Positions 40,727 through 49,873 of a stretch of 64,000 nucleotides of DNA are shown here, in pieces; the stretch's first letter is position 1; each line of letters begins with the position of its first letter. Location of the stretch: the IMG/VR virus record IMGVR_UViG_3300028832_000118, positions 1-64,000 of that record; one strand, written 5' to 3'. Source of the stretch: a virus (taxonomy: Duplodnaviria > Caudoviricetes). The notes beneath the pieces were generated by a model. The model was given only the letters and a program-made list of their open reading frames with translations, did not search any database and was not told where the DNA came from. The position numbers and the translations under genes were made by a program.

Positions 40727-41392
40727 TTATATGTACCATCCTACAAGTCTTGCATTTTTTTCACTTATAAAATGCTTGCTTATATTACTAATTACCCTTC
40801 CATCAAGTCTTTTTAATCTCCAACTTCCATTATCATTTTTTTCTAACCGAACATCTTCGGGATTAACTCCACTCTTACCAACTTTATCTAAAACATTTTT
40901 AATAACAGAATTTACCTCCCTCTTTGCTTCTGAACTCAATTTTTCATATTTTTTATCAAAATCAGATTTAGTCTTACCATCTACGTCAGTATATTTATTA
41001 AAATAAATCATATCACCTACTACCTTACCAATTTTTTTATCGCTTACAGAAAGTTTAACATCATCAAATTCCGTAATTTTAACACTTGCGCCAATTATCT
41101 TAACCAAATCATCTTCATTATCGGGATAAGGCATAAAATATTTGAACTGCTTATAACTTGAAGACGTATTTTTCTCAACTCCATACTTTTCATCAATATT
41201 TTCTTTTTCTCCCTCTTTTTTCTTAATTACTCTCCAATCAAATTTATTCGGAGCGTATTCGGTATAAACTAATGTTTTCCCGTTTACCACCTTTGTATCG
41301 CCTGCTACGTGGGCTTTCTCTATATCGCCTTCAAACGATTTTTGAATATTATTTACAACAGCTTTTCTATGTTCTAAAATAAGATTTTCCAT
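40727..41392 (-). CDS. Leader/Trp-module putative cargo protein, unknown payload
   Basis: IQKSFEGDIEKAHVAGD..VYTEYAPNKFDWRVIKKKEG. Confidence 0.7.
   Translation of the reverse strand: MENLILEHRKAVVNNIQKSFEGDIEKAHVAGDTKVVNGKTLVYTEYAPNKFDWRVIKKKEGEKENIDEKYGVEKNTSSSYKQFKYFMPYPDNEDDLVKIIGASVKITEFDDVKLSVSDKKIGKVVGDMIYFNKYTDVDGKTKSDFDKKYEKLSSEAKREVNSVIKNVLDKVGKSGVNPEDVRLEKNDNGSWRLKRLDGRVISNISKHFISEKNARLVGWYI
41211..41245. repeat. 35 nt exact direct repeat, copy 2
   Basis: Identical to 40512-40546. Confidence 0.9.
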
Positions 41393-41430
41393 AATATTAT
41401 AATTTTGATTTTACTAAAAAATAATAGCTG

Positions 41431-43143
41431 TTAAATGAAAGTATATTTAAATCCCGTGGTAATAATGTTAGCACCTAACTTTGCAAGCCAAAAGGAGGAT
41501 GAAATATCATCGTGCTCCCCTACGCTCTCTAACCCCTTATCAGTAAAAGCAACCGAACCCAAATCCGAAAAAATCAAATCTTTTATATCCTGCGAATATC
41601 TATCACCAACGGGAATATGAATTTTAGAACGCTCAAAATCTATTGCAAGTCCAGGCCAACCAGTCTTTAAGTCGTACTTATCAATACCAGTGGTATGTCC
41701 TACAACGGGCAATCCCTGCCTATCTGTTTCCTGCACAAAAATCTGCTGAAATACATTATCTTCCAGCACCATTGTATTTGGTCTAAATCTCACGTTAATG
41801 CCCTTCAATATCTGCACCTGCTCGTGGAATGTTCTGCCTTTGCCCCGTTCTAAATTCAGCAGCCATCTTTCACCGCTTTCGTCATCCACTCCCCAAGTAG
41901 AAAATACATAATAGTCTGAACCAACATTGCCACTTATAGCAAAATCGCATCCCGTAACCACTTTATTAAACTTTATCGGAAAATCATCCCTATTACGCAC
42001 CAAGCAGTAATTTTCCATCCTTACTAACGACTTCTCCAATATCTTTAAGGGGAATATTGATGACTCATTCGTAATCGGTCGGCAAAGATTTTCACGGCTG
42101 AAAATGATATTGCCCTGCGTGGCTCGCTTCTCCATAAGGTCGTGAAAACTCCAACGCTGAGGCCATAGTATTCTGCCGTCAGGAAATATAGCGGGATATT
42201 CAATAACAAACCAACCACGCTTTTTATCACGGCTGGAAATCTCCTCACTTTTACTTTTCAAGTCGCCATAAAGGTCAAGACTATGAAACGGGGTGCCAAC
42301 TACTATTATCTGCCCGCCAGGGACTAACATATTCATAATTACAGAATGAAAATAATCAATGTTTTTCTGACGCTGCAATGACGAATAAATCACGTTATCC
42401 TTTAATCCATCATCTACTATTATCCAATACGGGTGAGCACCACGGACAGAACTGCCAAAACCCTTACACGTCAACCTCGCCCCGTTTTTACAAACAATAT
42501 TCGTACTTGCCCAAGCTCCACTCTTGCTATCAGGCATCAACCTCTCCTTCAAAATATCGTTGCTTTCAATATTAGTTTTCAAAATCTCCATAAGGTCAAC
42601 TGACTGCTGCAAAGAGAATGAAAAGAGGTAGCCACGATTGGAGGTTGATTTTGAAGGTCTGCGTGAATATACCTTTCGGGTTGGCTTGGAGTAGCGGTAA
42701 AGCTGCCAAGCTGGATAGGCATTGGAGAAGTAATATGATTTACCATGGTCGCGTGCCGCCTCTATGCACAATTTGTTATGCTTATGCACTAAATCCCCCC
42801 ATTCCAAGTGATGCCAAGACAACTGAAAATCAGGCAAAACTGAAGTAATAAAGTAAGACAGATTTTTACACCGCAATATCTCTTCCACTGACTCAGCCAG
42901 TCGGTCGGTGTACTTTGGTGCAAAATCTACGCTATTATTGCCCGTAAACATAACATTATAGGTATCTTTCATTAAGTTATCAAGCACGACATCTAAATCT
43001 CCACCATAGCCTGATGCAAGCTCTAAAATACCTGCGTCATCCATATTGTCTATTATGTCATCTATGATATTTAAGCACTCTATTTGGTGCAGGGGACTTT
43101 GTAACGCTATTGCCATAATCTTATAAATAAAAAGATTTTCCAA
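41431..43143 (-). CDS. terL: Terminase large subunit
   Basis: AARDHGKS Walker A, IIVDD Walker B, IVVGTPFH, nuclease GCDFA and HDD. Confidence 0.95.
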   Translation of the reverse strand: MENLFIYKIMAIALQSPLHQIECLNIIDDIIDNMDDAGILELASGYGGDLDVVLDNLMKDTYNVMFTGNNSVDFAPKYTDRLAESVEEILRCKNLSYFITSVLPDFQLSWHHLEWGDLVHKHNKLCIEAARDHGKSYYFSNAYPAWQLYRYSKPTRKVYSRRPSKSTSNRGYLFSFSLQQSVDLMEILKTNIESNDILKERLMPDSKSGAWASTNIVCKNGARLTCKGFGSSVRGAHPYWIIVDDGLKDNVIYSSLQRQKNIDYFHSVIMNMLVPGGQIIVVGTPFHSLDLYGDLKSKSEEISSRDKKRGWFVIEYPAIFPDGRILWPQRWSFHDLMEKRATQGNIIFSRENLCRPITNESSIFPLKILEKSLVRMENYCLVRNRDDFPIKFNKVVTGCDFAISGNVGSDYYVFSTWGVDDESGERWLLNLERGKGRTFHEQVQILKGINVRFRPNTMVLEDNVFQQIFVQETDRQGLPVVGHTTGIDKYDLKTGWPGLAIDFERSKIHIPVGDRYSQDIKDLIFSDLGSVAFTDKGLESVGEHDDISSSFWLAKLGANIITTGFKYTFI

Positions 43144-43187
43144 GCCTAAATAGCGTGGAAAATCGTGTTGTAAACTAATTTAAGGGA

Positions 43188-43946
43188 CTAACCCCGTATT
43201 GACTTTTTCAAATCCTCTATAAACTGTTCTAAAATTTTATCCTTATCTGTCCCATCCTTATTAACGGCTGCGCATTCATATTTCAGATATTGGGCTGCTA
43301 CAACGCTAATATCGCATTCAAGCTCATTCTTCAAATTATCCACAATATCCTGCTCGTCAAAAACAAATCTAAACTCAAAACCCTTGCCGCCCTTATTGCC
43401 AATCTTATCCGTAAATTCAACGTAACCAAATGCGGATAGCATCGCCAAAACATCGGTAGCCTGACTATGGCTCATAGTAGTTAGCTTGACTACCATGGTA
43501 CGTGTAAACACAGGGTATTTCTTTTCCAGCTCAATCGGTGCATTCCGTGTAAGAATATTCCACAGCTTCATCTGATGTTCCTTCGCCATCTTTCGGTTTC
43601 GCTCGTTTCCAAGGAATTGAGAAATGGCGTCAATATTGCTACGCTTCTCACCTCTCTCTTTAAGGTAATCAAATATCACCTTATCATCCAAAGCAACTAC
43701 CTCAACCCCATTTGCACTTGCATATTCAGCAGCTACTTTTTTTACACTCGGATTCAAGCAAGCCATAATCAAGACTTTTTCTTCAGGCTTCTGCTCCGCT
43801 ACTGCTGCCACTTCCTCTTCTACTAATGGTGTTTCAGGTGCTTTTTCTTTTGTTTTAGCCGTTTTGGTCTTTGCGGTCGTACTCTTTTTAGTTTTTTTCT
43901 TTTCAGGCTCTTTAACAGCCTCTTTTACGTTTTTTTCTTTTTCCAT
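43188..43946 (-). CDS. Hypothetical protein, Lys-rich N-terminus, possible winged helix
   Basis: 252 aa; TRTMVVKLTTMSHSQATDVLAMLSAFGYVEF. Confidence 0.5.
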   Translation of the reverse strand: MEKEKNVKEAVKEPEKKKTKKSTTAKTKTAKTKEKAPETPLVEEEVAAVAEQKPEEKVLIMACLNPSVKKVAAEYASANGVEVVALDDKVIFDYLKERGEKRSNIDAISQFLGNERNRKMAKEHQMKLWNILTRNAPIELEKKYPVFTRTMVVKLTTMSHSQATDVLAMLSAFGYVEFTDKIGNKGGKGFEFRFVFDEQDIVDNLKNELECDISVVAAQYLKYECAAVNKDGTDKDKILEQFIEDLKKSIRG

Positions 43947-44037
43947 AATTCTTATTTTTTACAAACTAAACAAACTTCTTTCCCGTTTACGATTTTCACT
44001 GATGCAATACAACAGCACCGCTTGCAGAATTTGAATT

Positions 44038-44370
44038 TCATCCCTTTATAGGTTTTAAGTTATAACGCTGATAAATCTCATTCAACCACTCGCATTTTTC
44101 GCCACGCCTCTCTAACTGACTTATATATGTTTTAATTAAAGGGATTGAAATTCTTTTAGGCTTCTCCCCTCCCTTGATATTGAACTTTTGCTGCGCAATA
44201 GCTATCCCAGCCTTCAGCCCTTCATTATATACCACCACCTCATTTTCCCCTCCGTACACGTAAACATACGCCAGCAGTTTTGCAGCGAAAGAATTATTCA
44301 TCATGCTCGCTCCTATGCAATTAAATGCAGCCTCCATCTGAGCTGCCAGCTGATATGTGTTATCTTGCAT
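44038..44370 (-). CDS. Hypothetical protein
   Basis: 110 aa, overlaps upstream gene. Confidence 0.55.
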   Translation of the reverse strand: MQDNTYQLAAQMEAAFNCIGASMMNNSFAAKLLAYVYVYGGENEVVVYNEGLKAGIAIAQQKFNIKGGEKPKRISIPLIKTYISQLERRGEKCEWLNEIYQRYNLKPIKG

Positions 44371-44917
44371 CCTTAACCCTAATTTGAACTGTTTTCAAAA
44401 ACTCTATAAACTGCAACAAGTAGGGTTCAACCACCTTATAAATTGCAGAGCTTTTATCATCATCCTGATATGGGAATTTGAAGCCGCCCATAAATTTTGC
44501 GACTGCCGCCCGTATAGCGTCAACCCTCCTACAATTTTTTACATCCTCCATAGCCTCCGCAAAGGCACGCCCAGCGGTCAGGAATATATCAAAAACATAA
44601 ACCTTCACACAAAGCTCCAAATCATCCCTCCTTACGTTTTTTGCCATAGCGTTAAACACGTTGGTATAAATATACATAACCTTATCATAAGTCGTATCTA
44701 CAAGCTCACAAATAGCGTCTTCAGTCGTTTTATCGTTATCCCTGCTTACACTACGCCAAAAACTTGAAAACTCTGCATTTACATCACCCCAATAGTAACG
44801 CTTAAAAGCGTCATTTTTCATAGTATAGATATTGACCCAATAATCGTTAGCCAATCGGATAAAGAACATGCTGATGAGCCTTATGCGTGCCTGACTATTT
44901 ATGATATTCGCTTCCAT
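44360..44917 (-). CDS. Hypothetical protein
   Basis: 185 aa helical ORF. Confidence 0.55.
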   Translation of the reverse strand: MEANIINSQARIRLISMFFIRLANDYWVNIYTMKNDAFKRYYWGDVNAEFSSFWRSVSRDNDKTTEDAICELVDTTYDKVMYIYTNVFNAMAKNVRRDDLELCVKVYVFDIFLTAGRAFAEAMEDVKNCRRVDAIRAAVAKFMGGFKFPYQDDDKSSAIYKVVEPYLLQFIEFLKTVQIRVKDAR

Positions 44918-44919
44918 AA

Positions 44920-45582
44920 TTATTTAGCACACTTAAATTCAAAAAACTCATCCCCCTTCTTTCTGCCATCCTCCCCCGCACCTACTACAACCGCCTTATC
45001 CGCTCTCAGCTTCTTAACGTACCAACGCAACAAATCGGCGGTCGCCTCTACATCGTTCATAGCTCCGTGCGCATCCGTCAGTTTCACCCCTGCACGCTTG
45101 CAGCACATTCCAAGATTCAATTTTGCCTCTCTATCCGTACCCCAAGCCAGCTTGCCAATCGCAAACGTGTCTATGAAATTCGGATGGTGGTAGTGAAAAA
45201 ATCCTCCCTTTGCGCCTGCGTATTTCAAAGCACAATCTACAAAACGAATATCAAACGGGACATTATGCCCTACGGCAATCAACCGCCCCAGCTCCCTATT
45301 CTTTGCGCTCGCCTGCCATTCATCCCACCAGCCCGTAACCGCATCAACAAACTCTTTAATATTCACCCCACTATTTATATCAGACATGCTTACCATAGTA
45401 GATTTAAGCGCAATCGGCTCTATGGTAAGATTGTTATATGGCTTTACAAAAGTTTCAAATCTATCCTTAACCTTTAACGTACATCCATCCAGCACCATTG
45501 CCGCATACTGGGTTATAGGGTTTCGGGTTTCGTCAAGCCCTCCCGTTTCAACGTCAAAAACAATATAGTCGCTCTTTATCAT
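44920..45582 (-). CDS. DEDDh 3'-5' exonuclease (DnaQ-like)
   Basis: VFDVETGGL, VGHNVPFD, IDT, AHGAMNDV. Confidence 0.92.
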   Translation of the reverse strand: MIKSDYIVFDVETGGLDETRNPITQYAAMVLDGCTLKVKDRFETFVKPYNNLTIEPIALKSTMVSMSDINSGVNIKEFVDAVTGWWDEWQASAKNRELGRLIAVGHNVPFDIRFVDCALKYAGAKGGFFHYHHPNFIDTFAIGKLAWGTDREAKLNLGMCCKRAGVKLTDAHGAMNDVEATADLLRWYVKKLRADKAVVVGAGEDGRKKGDEFFEFKCAK

Positions 45583-45621
45583 AATTCTCTAAATCTGCAT
45601 TATTAGTAGTAGTAACGATGT

Positions 45622-45858
45622 CTATTTTTTATACATCTTATCCAAATGCTTCCAACCAAGCACCTTATATTTCCAACCACCGCCTCTCTTAACGTAAATT
45701 TTTACATAGTTTTTCAAATCCCATTTTTGCTCATCAGCAGGCGCAACCTTCGCCAGCTCCCCCCGTTTCAAATCCATATATTTAACCATAAATTCAGGTA
45801 AACTCTTGGAAATGTTCAAAAACTTTGGTAAACTCTCTTTTGTTAAAATCGCTTTCAT
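45622..45858 (-). CDS. Hypothetical protein (likely start MKAIL at 45858)
   Basis: Upstream extension in ORF track runs through a terminator. Confidence 0.5.
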   Translation of the reverse strand: MKAILTKESLPKFLNISKSLPEFMVKYMDLKRGELAKVAPADEQKWDLKNYVKIYVKRGGGWKYKVLGWKHLDKMYKK

Positions 45859-45903
45859 ATCTCGTTTTTTAATTATTATTCTACAATAAATAACTTTGGT
45901 AAA

Positions 45904-45935
45904 ATAAAAAAACCCCAATTTTATATTGGGGTTTT
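45904..45935 (-). terminator. Intrinsic terminator after HU gene
   Basis: Stem AAAACCCCAAT/ATTGGGGTTTT with T tail. Confidence 0.8.
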
Positions 45936-45963
45936 CATTTGAAGCAATGGCGTGAAAATAAAC

Positions 45964-46260
45964 TTACTTCTTTGCTTTATTTTTTGTTTCAACCACTGCC
46001 TTAACAGAAGCGGTCGGGGTAAATTTAATAGTATGACTTTCGGGGACATCCATAGGCTTCTTGGTCAATGGATTGATACCCTTCTTGGCTGGATTGACTT
46101 TCTGCTTAAATCTGCCAAGGCTGGGGATGTTTACTTCGCCACCTCTATCTCTGCACTCGGTAATAATTACCTCTGTAAGAGTGTTAATGGCTTCGTTCAC
46201 CTGTGACTGCGACAATGAACATTTTCCTGCAACTTCTTTTAACAATTCATCTTTTTTCAT
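45964..46260 (-). CDS. HU/IHF-like DNA-binding protein
   Basis: MKKDELLKEVA, VNIPSLGRF, GINPLT, IKFTP. Confidence 0.92.
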   Translation of the reverse strand: MKKDELLKEVAGKCSLSQSQVNEAINTLTEVIITECRDRGGEVNIPSLGRFKQKVNPAKKGINPLTKKPMDVPESHTIKFTPTASVKAVVETKNKAKK

Positions 46261-46279
46261 AATTCAAAACTTTTTAAGA

Positions 46280-46555
46280 TTAAACTTCAATTACATTTAT
46301 GCCTAATGCTTCAATTTCAACTAACAATTTTTCAAATCTCTCATCCCTCATCTTCTCACTATCGTATAAACATTCATCGCTCTGCACCTCCTTTCCGTTA
46401 TCTGCACTCCTATTTATAGCTATCCCATATTGGTAGGTCATAACACGCTCATTCAGCCGCTCAAACTTCTCTATCCTATTTATCCCCCTCAGATTTATCG
46501 CCACTCGGAAATCGGGCAAATACACCAGCGTCTTAAAGTAGATTTTTTCATCCAT
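46280..46555 (-). CDS. Hypothetical early protein
   Basis: 91 aa, coupled ORF. Confidence 0.5.
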   Translation of the reverse strand: MDEKIYFKTLVYLPDFRVAINLRGINRIEKFERLNERVMTYQYGIAINRSADNGKEVQSDECLYDSEKMRDERFEKLLVEIEALGINVIEV

Positions 46556-47265
46556 TACATCCCCCCTTCCCTCTTTGCGCTTTCAAAACCTCTAACGGCA
46601 CTATTCATAGCCTCCATAGCCTCATCGGAAATAATGCTGGGAAAGATATTCCAATAGTACGTCTTAACCTCACAACCCATACAGGTGAAAAATCCCAACC
46701 GCAATCCTACAAACTCTTTAACCCCGTTCACCTTCAACCACATTCCCTCTATCTCTTCATCTTTGCGCTTCAAGCCTTCAAACTCCACTATAACGCTTAC
46801 ATCGCCACCTAACTTTTTGAAATTGCAAGTGAGGTTAATACGCTGCAAAGCATCTTCATTTAGCTTCTTGGAGCCGACAAGGTTAGCATCAGGCAAAACG
46901 GAAATCAAAGCACCTAAATCACTTTTTGAAATTATGATGCTCTCTCTATCTAACCTATCTTTCAAAATTCCAATCTCTTTTACAGCATCTAACATTCTAC
47001 CAGCTTCCTCTGCCCGTTCTTTCGTTTCGCTCAAAACGTTGAATGAGATAATGCGCTTAATGGTAAAGGCTCTTTTCAAATCTACCCAGCGTCCATCTGA
47101 AAAATAGACGTTTTTATCATCAACTCTTTCAACCAGGTTAATACCAAGCCCGTGCTGTCTAAATTTAGGTTTAAGCTCACTAACGACAAAAACCAAGTCA
47201 CCCTCTTTTGCCGCCCGTTTTGACAGCAGCAAGATTTTTTTATCAAACTTAACAATTCTTTTCAT
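46555..47265 (-). CDS. Hypothetical early protein
   Basis: 236 aa. Confidence 0.55.
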   Translation of the reverse strand: MKRIVKFDKKILLLSKRAAKEGDLVFVVSELKPKFRQHGLGINLVERVDDKNVYFSDGRWVDLKRAFTIKRIISFNVLSETKERAEEAGRMLDAVKEIGILKDRLDRESIIISKSDLGALISVLPDANLVGSKKLNEDALQRINLTCNFKKLGGDVSVIVEFEGLKRKDEEIEGMWLKVNGVKEFVGLRLGFFTCMGCEVKTYYWNIFPSIISDEAMEAMNSAVRGFESAKREGGM

Positions 47266-47437
47266 TGTACTCTCTAATTTTTAATCCATTAATAACTTTA
47301 TATCCCATACGTTTCAAAGCCACTTCCACTCTATCACGACTTGGAGCATCCACGATGGTCTTTACCTGCTTTATCTGCATACGCTCTTCCATAGAGCCGA
47401 AAAATTTTACACTATACAACATAACTCCTAATGCCAA
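47249..47437 (-). CDS. Small hypothetical protein
   Basis: 62 aa, overlapping neighbours. Confidence 0.4.
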   Translation of the reverse strand: MALGVMLYSVKFFGSMEERMQIKQVKTIVDAPSRDRVEVALKRMGYKVINGLKIREYNEKNC

Positions 47438-47628
47438 AATTTCAAAACAAAGTAAAAAACCAATCTCGCAATCCTATACAAAATATAAACCAAAACTCCA
47501 ATAATGAACGCTGAAGTGATAAATTGAATAAATCCGTAACTTGTATAAGATAAATAGGACAAAAACATCAGCCCTGCCCAAAGCAGCACGCAAACGATGG
47601 CGGCAATAATTTTGAATTTCTTTACCAT
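47428..47628 (-). CDS. Small two-TM membrane protein
   Basis: Two hydrophobic helices. Confidence 0.55.
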   Translation of the reverse strand: MVKKFKIIAAIVCVLLWAGLMFLSYLSYTSYGFIQFITSAFIIGVLVYILYRIARLVFYFVLKFWH

Positions 47629-47810
47629 ACCAAACTATCTACGATTTCAAAAAACTTTTCAAGCACTTTCAAATCCCAAACCTTCTTTCCCATCTCATTC
47701 GCTAACAGAGTCAAATACGGGTTAATCTCCCCAATATTCTTACTCATAATTTCATCTTTGCTGCTAAAATCAGCCTTGAGCATTTCGCTCACTGTTCTTT
47801 TTTCTTCCAT
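47622..47810 (-). CDS. Small hypothetical protein
   Basis: 62 aa. Confidence 0.45.
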   Translation of the reverse strand: MEEKRTVSEMLKADFSSKDEIMSKNIGEINPYLTLLANEMGKKVWDLKVLEKFFEIVDSLVW

Positions 47811-47835
47811 TTTTCTTTTGTTTATAGGTTAATAA

Positions 47836-48048
47836 TTAAAATCCATTCTCTTTATTTAACTCATCAATTTTTTCTGCACTTACGGCAACAAGGTTATAAT
47901 AATCGCCACTTTTTGCCTCTTTCAGATACGATTCAATTTCATCATTACTTTTTCCACACTCCCTCATCGCTCTGCGTACATACGCCATAATGAAATATGC
48001 GTTTCCGTCAACGCCAACCAAGCTATACTCTTTTTTATTTTTTGCCAT
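47836..48048 (-). CDS. Conserved small phage hypothetical protein
   Basis: LVGVDGNAYFIMAYVRRAMR..SGDYYNL, a pattern I recall from mobile elements. Confidence 0.6.
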   Translation of the reverse strand: MAKNKKEYSLVGVDGNAYFIMAYVRRAMRECGKSNDEIESYLKEAKSGDYYNLVAVSAEKIDELNKENGF

Positions 48049-48466
48049 CTTTTCTGCTTTTTTCTAAATCGTTCATCGCTTCTATAAACTTTGGCACGTT
48101 TACAAAGCAAACGCCAACCCCTTTGCGTGGATGGATAAAGGTAAAATTTTTATTCATATACTCAACCGCATCCTTAATAGCCTGCTGCCGTGCCTCGCTC
48201 TCTTTCCCCTCAAATTGCTTATCTTTCCAGCGCGCCATTTTCATCGCTCCAAGATAGGTAGCCATTTTCATCGGGGTACCATACGCCATAGCCTCTGAAA
48301 TCTCCTGAGCCCTCGCCTCGTTCTCTCCCCCGTTATCCAAGATGAACTCATCTTCATTCTTCTGCATTACTCTTATAAATTCATCGACAAAAGTCTTGGC
48401 AACCATAGGGTGGATTTTACCAGCCAGTGCCTCTCTTAAATAATCTGCTGCAACTTTAATATCCAT
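48035..48466 (-). CDS. Hypothetical early protein
   Basis: 143 aa. Confidence 0.55.
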   Translation of the reverse strand: MDIKVAADYLREALAGKIHPMVAKTFVDEFIRVMQKNEDEFILDNGGENEARAQEISEAMAYGTPMKMATYLGAMKMARWKDKQFEGKESEARQQAIKDAVEYMNKNFTFIHPRKGVGVCFVNVPKFIEAMNDLEKSRKDGKK

Positions 48467-48468
48467 TA

Positions 48469-49320
48469 CTAACTCTTTTTATTTTTCAAATTAATTACTT
48501 TTTCCATATCTTTTTCAGCGGCATACCCTATTGACGTTTTTACCTCTTCTGGGTCAGAAGGTTTACCAATTAAAGACACATTATAAATTAAACCATTAGC
48601 AGTTTTTTCAATGCTGTCAATATGATATTTTTCGCCTCTATATCTAATCCTATCTCCAGCTGTAAATTTTGGAATAGGTTTCTGCTCAATAAGTTCGCCC
48701 CATTCATCCATTCGTGATATTTCAATGTTTTTAATATTGTGTTCTTTATTCAAAATGCCTTGTTTTCCATCTGTAAAGATTTCAACCTTATATTCTAAAT
48801 TTCCAAGTTCATTGATGATGCCTACTTCAAGAATTTTGTAGGTTAGCCTACGATTTTTTATACTCACAACCTTGTCACCAACTCTAAATTTAGGGATAAT
48901 GGGCTTCTGCTCTTGCTTTGGCTGTGGAAGTACTCTGTCTTTGAGTAACTTGAGCCATTTAAGTGCTTTATCATAATCAAGTATTCCCGCACAATCATCA
49001 CCTCCATTTTGAATGATTCTGATTGCAATATCTAATGCATCTTCATCCTCTTCACTCCAAGCAGATTTTTGTTCACCTTGCTTTTCGAGCCAAGCAAGTG
49101 CTCCGTCAATATACGCACCAATTACTATACTTCGACCTTGTGGATTAGAACCTTCATAATGTTCTTTATACCACGCTTCCGCATCTTTTTTTATTTCTTT
49201 CCTTATCTGCTCATCCTCACTCTCCTTGAGTTCGGGAAAGATTGTTTCTAACTTTTCTTTCTGTTCCTGTGATAATTCTTTATTATTCAACAGAGTAATT
49301 AATTTTTCTTTGTAGTTCAT
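48469..49320 (-). CDS. Mosaic hypothetical protein with two KOW/SH3-like repeats
   Basis: PELKESEDEQIRKE, WLEKQGEQKSAWSEEDE, then QKPIIPKFRVGDKV and QKPIPKFTAGDRI. Confidence 0.55.
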   Translation of the reverse strand: MNYKEKLITLLNNKELSQEQKEKLETIFPELKESEDEQIRKEIKKDAEAWYKEHYEGSNPQGRSIVIGAYIDGALAWLEKQGEQKSAWSEEDEDALDIAIRIIQNGGDDCAGILDYDKALKWLKLLKDRVLPQPKQEQKPIIPKFRVGDKVVSIKNRRLTYKILEVGIINELGNLEYKVEIFTDGKQGILNKEHNIKNIEISRMDEWGELIEQKPIPKFTAGDRIRYRGEKYHIDSIEKTANGLIYNVSLIGKPSDPEEVKTSIGYAAEKDMEKVINLKNKKS

Positions 49321-49363
49321 ATTATAATATATTTTTTAAAAATCTCCTAATACATAAACTTCA

Positions 49364-49780
49364 TTAAACTAAATTAGTTAAACAATATTTTATTGCATCT
49401 TCAACTGCTTCTTCGTAATTATCAAATACATGAATACTTATTTTTAAGTATTCTGTAGGTTTTTCAGTTTTTTGAATACCCCATCTATATCCAACTTTTT
49501 TATTGTCAGAAATCAATTCATATTCATCATAATCCATTGTTATTATTATTCCTTTTTCTCTTAACCAAGCCATAGCCATTTGGTGAGTAGGGGCTGAAAA
49601 ATAAATATCATCCAGCTCATCACCAAGAGTGTTCCAATTTTCTGCACTTTGATATATAGCAATAGCCGCAGGACAATTAACTAACTTGCTGTGGTCAATC
49701 CATACTGAATGTATAGATACATCAAACCCTTTCTCTTTTAAGAGTTTAGCAACTTCAAAAGATACATAATCTTCTTTCAT
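49364..49780 (-). CDS. Conserved Bacteroidota-phage hypothetical protein
   Basis: EDYVSFEVAKLLKEKGF..APTHQMAMAWLRE..YEEAVEDAIKYCL. Confidence 0.6.
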   Translation of the reverse strand: MKEDYVSFEVAKLLKEKGFDVSIHSVWIDHSKLVNCPAAIAIYQSAENWNTLGDELDDIYFSAPTHQMAMAWLREKGIIITMDYDEYELISDNKKVGYRWGIQKTEKPTEYLKISIHVFDNYEEAVEDAIKYCLTNLV

Positions 49781-49873
49781 AGTTATAATTATTAAAAGTT
49801 ATACATACCTTCTGGTGCTTCAAAAGCCAACCCTTTGCGGCTTCTAAATTTGCATTGTATTTTTCTTTACTCA

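Noticed and set aside
40512-41245. Diversity-generating retroelement TR/VR pair
   Set aside because: Copies are identical with no A-specific mismatches, only 35 nt long, and no reverse transcriptase is in the window.
41431-43143. Intron or intein in terminase
   Set aside because: Single uninterrupted ORF of normal length with all motifs.
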